NCBI GenBank assembly: GCA_049513715.1
Contig: JBEKVV010000004.1
Span: 32,001 to 96,000 of the forward strand
From: Candidatus Bathyarchaeia archaeon
Lineage (GTDB): Archaea > Thermoproteota > Bathyarchaeia > 40CM-2-53-6
Direction: 5' to 3'
DNA length: 64,000 bases
Under the pieces are notes generated by a model. It ran no database searches. It had not been told where the DNA came from and was given only the letters and a program-made list of their open reading frames with translations. Numbering within the stretch: position 1 is the stretch's first letter; each line of letters starts with the position of its first letter. Below, in pieces: positions 61,204 through 64,000 of the stretch. A program made the translations under genes and the position numbers.

Positions 61204-62637
61204 TTGCACAAGCTTTTCATCAACGGAGAGAACGTTGACTCCGCGAGCGGAGCAACCTACCAGATTCGAAACCCAGCAACATCTGAGCTGGTCGATACTG
61301 TCGCAAAAGGTAATGCCGATGACGCAAAGAAAGCGATCGACGCGGCTGAGGACGCGCTCGAGAAGTGGTCAGATTCAGCGCCCACACAAGCGCCCGGTGT
61401 CTTGAGCAAAGCTGCGCAACTCATCAGAACAAACGAGCAAGAGCTCGCTACGCTGCTGACAAAGGAGCAAGGTAAGACGCTACCAGAATCGTTGGGTGAA
61501 ATCAGGTTCTTCGCTAAGACTCTAGAATACTATTCCGGCGCTAAGATCACTGGTTCATACGTAACATTGACCGACAGAGTTTCCGCTGAAGTTGTGAAGG
61601 AGCCGGTAGGCATCGTCGGAGGCATCGTTCCATGGAACAACCCAGTTATGCTCATGGGTGCTAAGGTTGTGTCATCGATCAAGTCAGGCGACGCAATAAT
61701 AATCAAACCTGCTACTACAACGCCACTCAGCACGATTAGATGTGCTCAGATTCTTAGCGAAGCAGGCCTTCCGAAAGGCATCTTCAACGTGGTTCCCGGG
61801 CTAGGAAGCGTTGTTGGAGAGGAGCTGCTGAGAAATCCCAAGGTAAGAAAAATCTCTTTCACTGGTGAAAGCGAGACCGGGAAGCACATAATGGAGGTCG
61901 CGGCCCGCGACCTCAAACGAGTCACACTTGAATTGGGTGGTAGCAACCCGGTGATCGTCGCAGACGACGCCGACCTGGAAGCGGCAGTTGACAATACCCT
62001 TTTCGGACGGTTCCGAAACTGCGGCCAAGGCTGCATGTGCATAAAGCGAGCTTACGTGTTCGAGAAAGTAGCAGACTCGTTCATCAAAAAGCTGGTTGAC
62101 AAAGTGAAGGCGATAAAAGTCGGCAACGGCCTTGTCCAAGGCGTCAACATGGGCCCAATCCACTCAGCTTCCCAAAGGGAAGGATTCGAGGAACAAGTTA
62201 ACGATGGCATCAGCAAAGGCGCCAAGGTTTTGACGGGCGGCAAACGGCCAACCGGGCCAGAATACGACAGTGGGTTCTTCTACCTACCAACGCTCCTCGA
62301 GAACGCGGACCCGAGTTCGAAAGTTGTAAGGGAGGAAGTCTTCGGTCCAGCGTTACCCATCTTCCGAGTGAAGGACATGGAAGAGGCCGTGAAGCTCGGC
62401 AATGATTCAATCTACGGTCTAGGTGCTCACCTGTGGACTAGGGACATACAGAGAGCAATGAAGGCAGCGAGGAAACTCAAGGCTGGAACAATTCTTGTGA
62501 ACACCGCATACGGCTCAGGCGGCTGGGAAATCGAGGTACCTATGGGCGGCTTCAAACACAGCGGTATCGGTCGCGAGTACGGAATCGAGGGCATGAGCCA
62601 GTACCAAGAAATGAAAACCATCGTCTACGGTACCTAG
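61204..62637 (+). CDS. NAD(P)-dependent aldehyde dehydrogenase (succinate-semialdehyde dehydrogenase-like)
   Basis: PWN, ISFTG, LELGG, FRNCGQGC, EEVFGP, GGFKHSGIGRE. Confidence 0.88.
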   Translation: MHKLFINGENVDSASGATYQIRNPATSELVDTVAKGNADDAKKAIDAAEDALEKWSDSAPTQAPGVLSKAAQLIRTNEQELATLLTKEQGKTLPESLGEIRFFAKTLEYYSGAKITGSYVTLTDRVSAEVVKEPVGIVGGIVPWNNPVMLMGAKVVSSIKSGDAIIIKPATTTPLSTIRCAQILSEAGLPKGIFNVVPGLGSVVGEELLRNPKVRKISFTGESETGKHIMEVAARDLKRVTLELGGSNPVIVADDADLEAAVDNTLFGRFRNCGQGCMCIKRAYVFEKVADSFIKKLVDKVKAIKVGNGLVQGVNMGPIHSASQREGFEEQVNDGISKGAKVLTGGKRPTGPEYDSGFFYLPTLLENADPSSKVVREEVFGPALPIFRVKDMEEAVKLGNDSIYGLGAHLWTRDIQRAMKAARKLKAGTILVNTAYGSGGWEIEVPMGGFKHSGIGREYGIEGMSQYQEMKTIVYGT

Positions 62638-62723
62638 AGGCCAAGACTCCGCCCCACTCTTCTCTTTCTCAACAGACTCACCGGCACAACATGCCGGGTG
62701 AAGCCCTTATCGGGGTTCCTTTG

Positions 62724-63935
62724 CTACTGTTTTCCTTCGCAGATCCACAGGCTCATGAGTCCGTAGATTTTGGCGAATGTTAGCAGGCTGGCGAGTGAGA
62801 CGTTCTCATTTGGGCCGTGGGCGTTACTCTGGGTGTCGTCGCCTGGACCGAAGCCGCACAATGTTGGAATCTTTGCGTCGTTGATCAGTAGTCGTGAGTC
62901 GTTTGTTCCGTAGCCTCCCCGAAACTCTGGTTCATATCCTGTAACTAGTTTAGTAGCTCGTTTCGCAACTTGAACGAGGTAGTGGTCCATGGGAATTTCT
63001 GCGGGTGCCCCCCAGATGACGTTCGTAATATTCGCAGTGAGCCCCGGGTTTTCTTTCTGGATGCGATCGATCACGTCTCTGACGGATGAGAGTACTTCGT
63101 TCTTATTCATCCCTGGGACGGTTCTGATATCCACATCCGCATAGCACTCTGGGGGAATCACGTTCGTCTTGATTCCGCCACGAATTACGGTCCCTGGTGA
63201 AATTGTCGGTGAAGGCAGTATTTTGTGGGGCTCGTGTGGCAGTCGTAAGTGCTCCAGAGCTAACAGTAGCTTGCTCATGCCGAGGATGGCGTTTACGCCG
63301 TTTGCTGGGTTGCTTGCATGCGCGGCCCGTCCCACGGTTTTCACTGTGAGCCAGCAAATCCCCCTAACGGACGGGCGAATGTAGATTGACTCTTTGGCAA
63401 CTGAGCCTTCGGCGACAATTGCCAGATCTGCCTTGGCCAGATTTTTTTTGACCATGTATTTCGTTCCTAACGAGTTGGCTTCCTCGTCAGCAACAGCGTG
63501 CAACACAACATCTCCCCTAAGAGGCAGATCGGAGTCTGCCAGAGCTCTTAGGGCGATAACCATTGACGCAAGCGCACCTTTCATGTCAGCTGAGCCTCGT
63601 CCCCATATTCTCGTTCCATCGAACTCGCCCGCGAACGGATCCTTCTTCCATAGTTCTCTGGGCCCTGCAGGAACTACGTCTGTATGGCCGTTGAAAAGAA
63701 TCGACCGGCCCCCACCTTTACCGCGAAGGGTAGCGGCAACATTGATTCGTTTACTCGCAACCTCATACTGATCTACTTCGAACCCAATCTCAGACAACAC
63801 GCCAGAAAGTAACTGGGCGACGTCTTGCTCGTCTCCAGGTGGGTTCTCGCTCGGTATCCGAATGAGCTTCTGAACGAGGTCGAGAAGGTTCGGCTTCAGC
63901 CTCTCAACTTGGTTCAGTACTGAATCCTCAAGCAT
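62724..63935 (-). CDS. M20 (ArgE/DapE-like) metallo-amidohydrolase
   Basis: NGHTDVVP, GRGSADMKG, DEE, AE, AHGPNE. Confidence 0.9.
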   Translation of the reverse strand: MLEDSVLNQVERLKPNLLDLVQKLIRIPSENPPGDEQDVAQLLSGVLSEIGFEVDQYEVASKRINVAATLRGKGGGRSILFNGHTDVVPAGPRELWKKDPFAGEFDGTRIWGRGSADMKGALASMVIALRALADSDLPLRGDVVLHAVADEEANSLGTKYMVKKNLAKADLAIVAEGSVAKESIYIRPSVRGICWLTVKTVGRAAHASNPANGVNAILGMSKLLLALEHLRLPHEPHKILPSPTISPGTVIRGGIKTNVIPPECYADVDIRTVPGMNKNEVLSSVRDVIDRIQKENPGLTANITNVIWGAPAEIPMDHYLVQVAKRATKLVTGYEPEFRGGYGTNDSRLLINDAKIPTLCGFGPGDDTQSNAHGPNENVSLASLLTFAKIYGLMSLWICEGKQ

Positions 63936-64000
63936 ACTCGGTCGCCTAATCTACTGGTGTGTTGTACTAGTCAAGGGTTGGTGCTGCGAGACTTCGAAAG

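Overview
Archaeal chromosomal window with densely packed genes and many TTG/GTG starts. Gene content suggests a Bathyarchaeia-like anaerobe (inference). All family assignments come from motifs read in the translations and from recalled reference sequences; no searches were run. Bases 1-22 kb hold mixed housekeeping and accessory genes: a partial M14 peptidase, a DtxR/ZIP metal locus, a three-gene split glutamate synthase, a SWIB-like zinc-ribbon protein, a 14-repeat surface protein, enolase, an ArsR redox operon and an orphan DNA methyltransferase. Bases 22-30 kb hold a tungsten/molybdenum cofactor and tungstate uptake cluster (moaD, two moeA, mop, ModE-like regulator, tupABC). Bases 30-34 kb hold a metallophosphoesterase, nucleotidyltransferase and APC permease trio. 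Bases 34-64 kb hold a ~30 kb catabolic island, the best candidate for an undescribed system. It encodes two pyridoxamine-pyruvate-aminotransferase-like proteins, one with His in place of the Schiff-base Lys, plus an ECF vitamin-type transporter, two tungsten AORs and a Mo hydroxylase. It also encodes two LLM oxidoreductases, an FHMPC-dehydrogenase-like protein, several C-N hydrolases and an SSADH-like enzyme. Together these suggest an oxygen-independent archaeal route for vitamin B6/pyridine degradation, which remains a hypothesis. No tRNA, rRNA, CRISPR array or mobile element was recognised.
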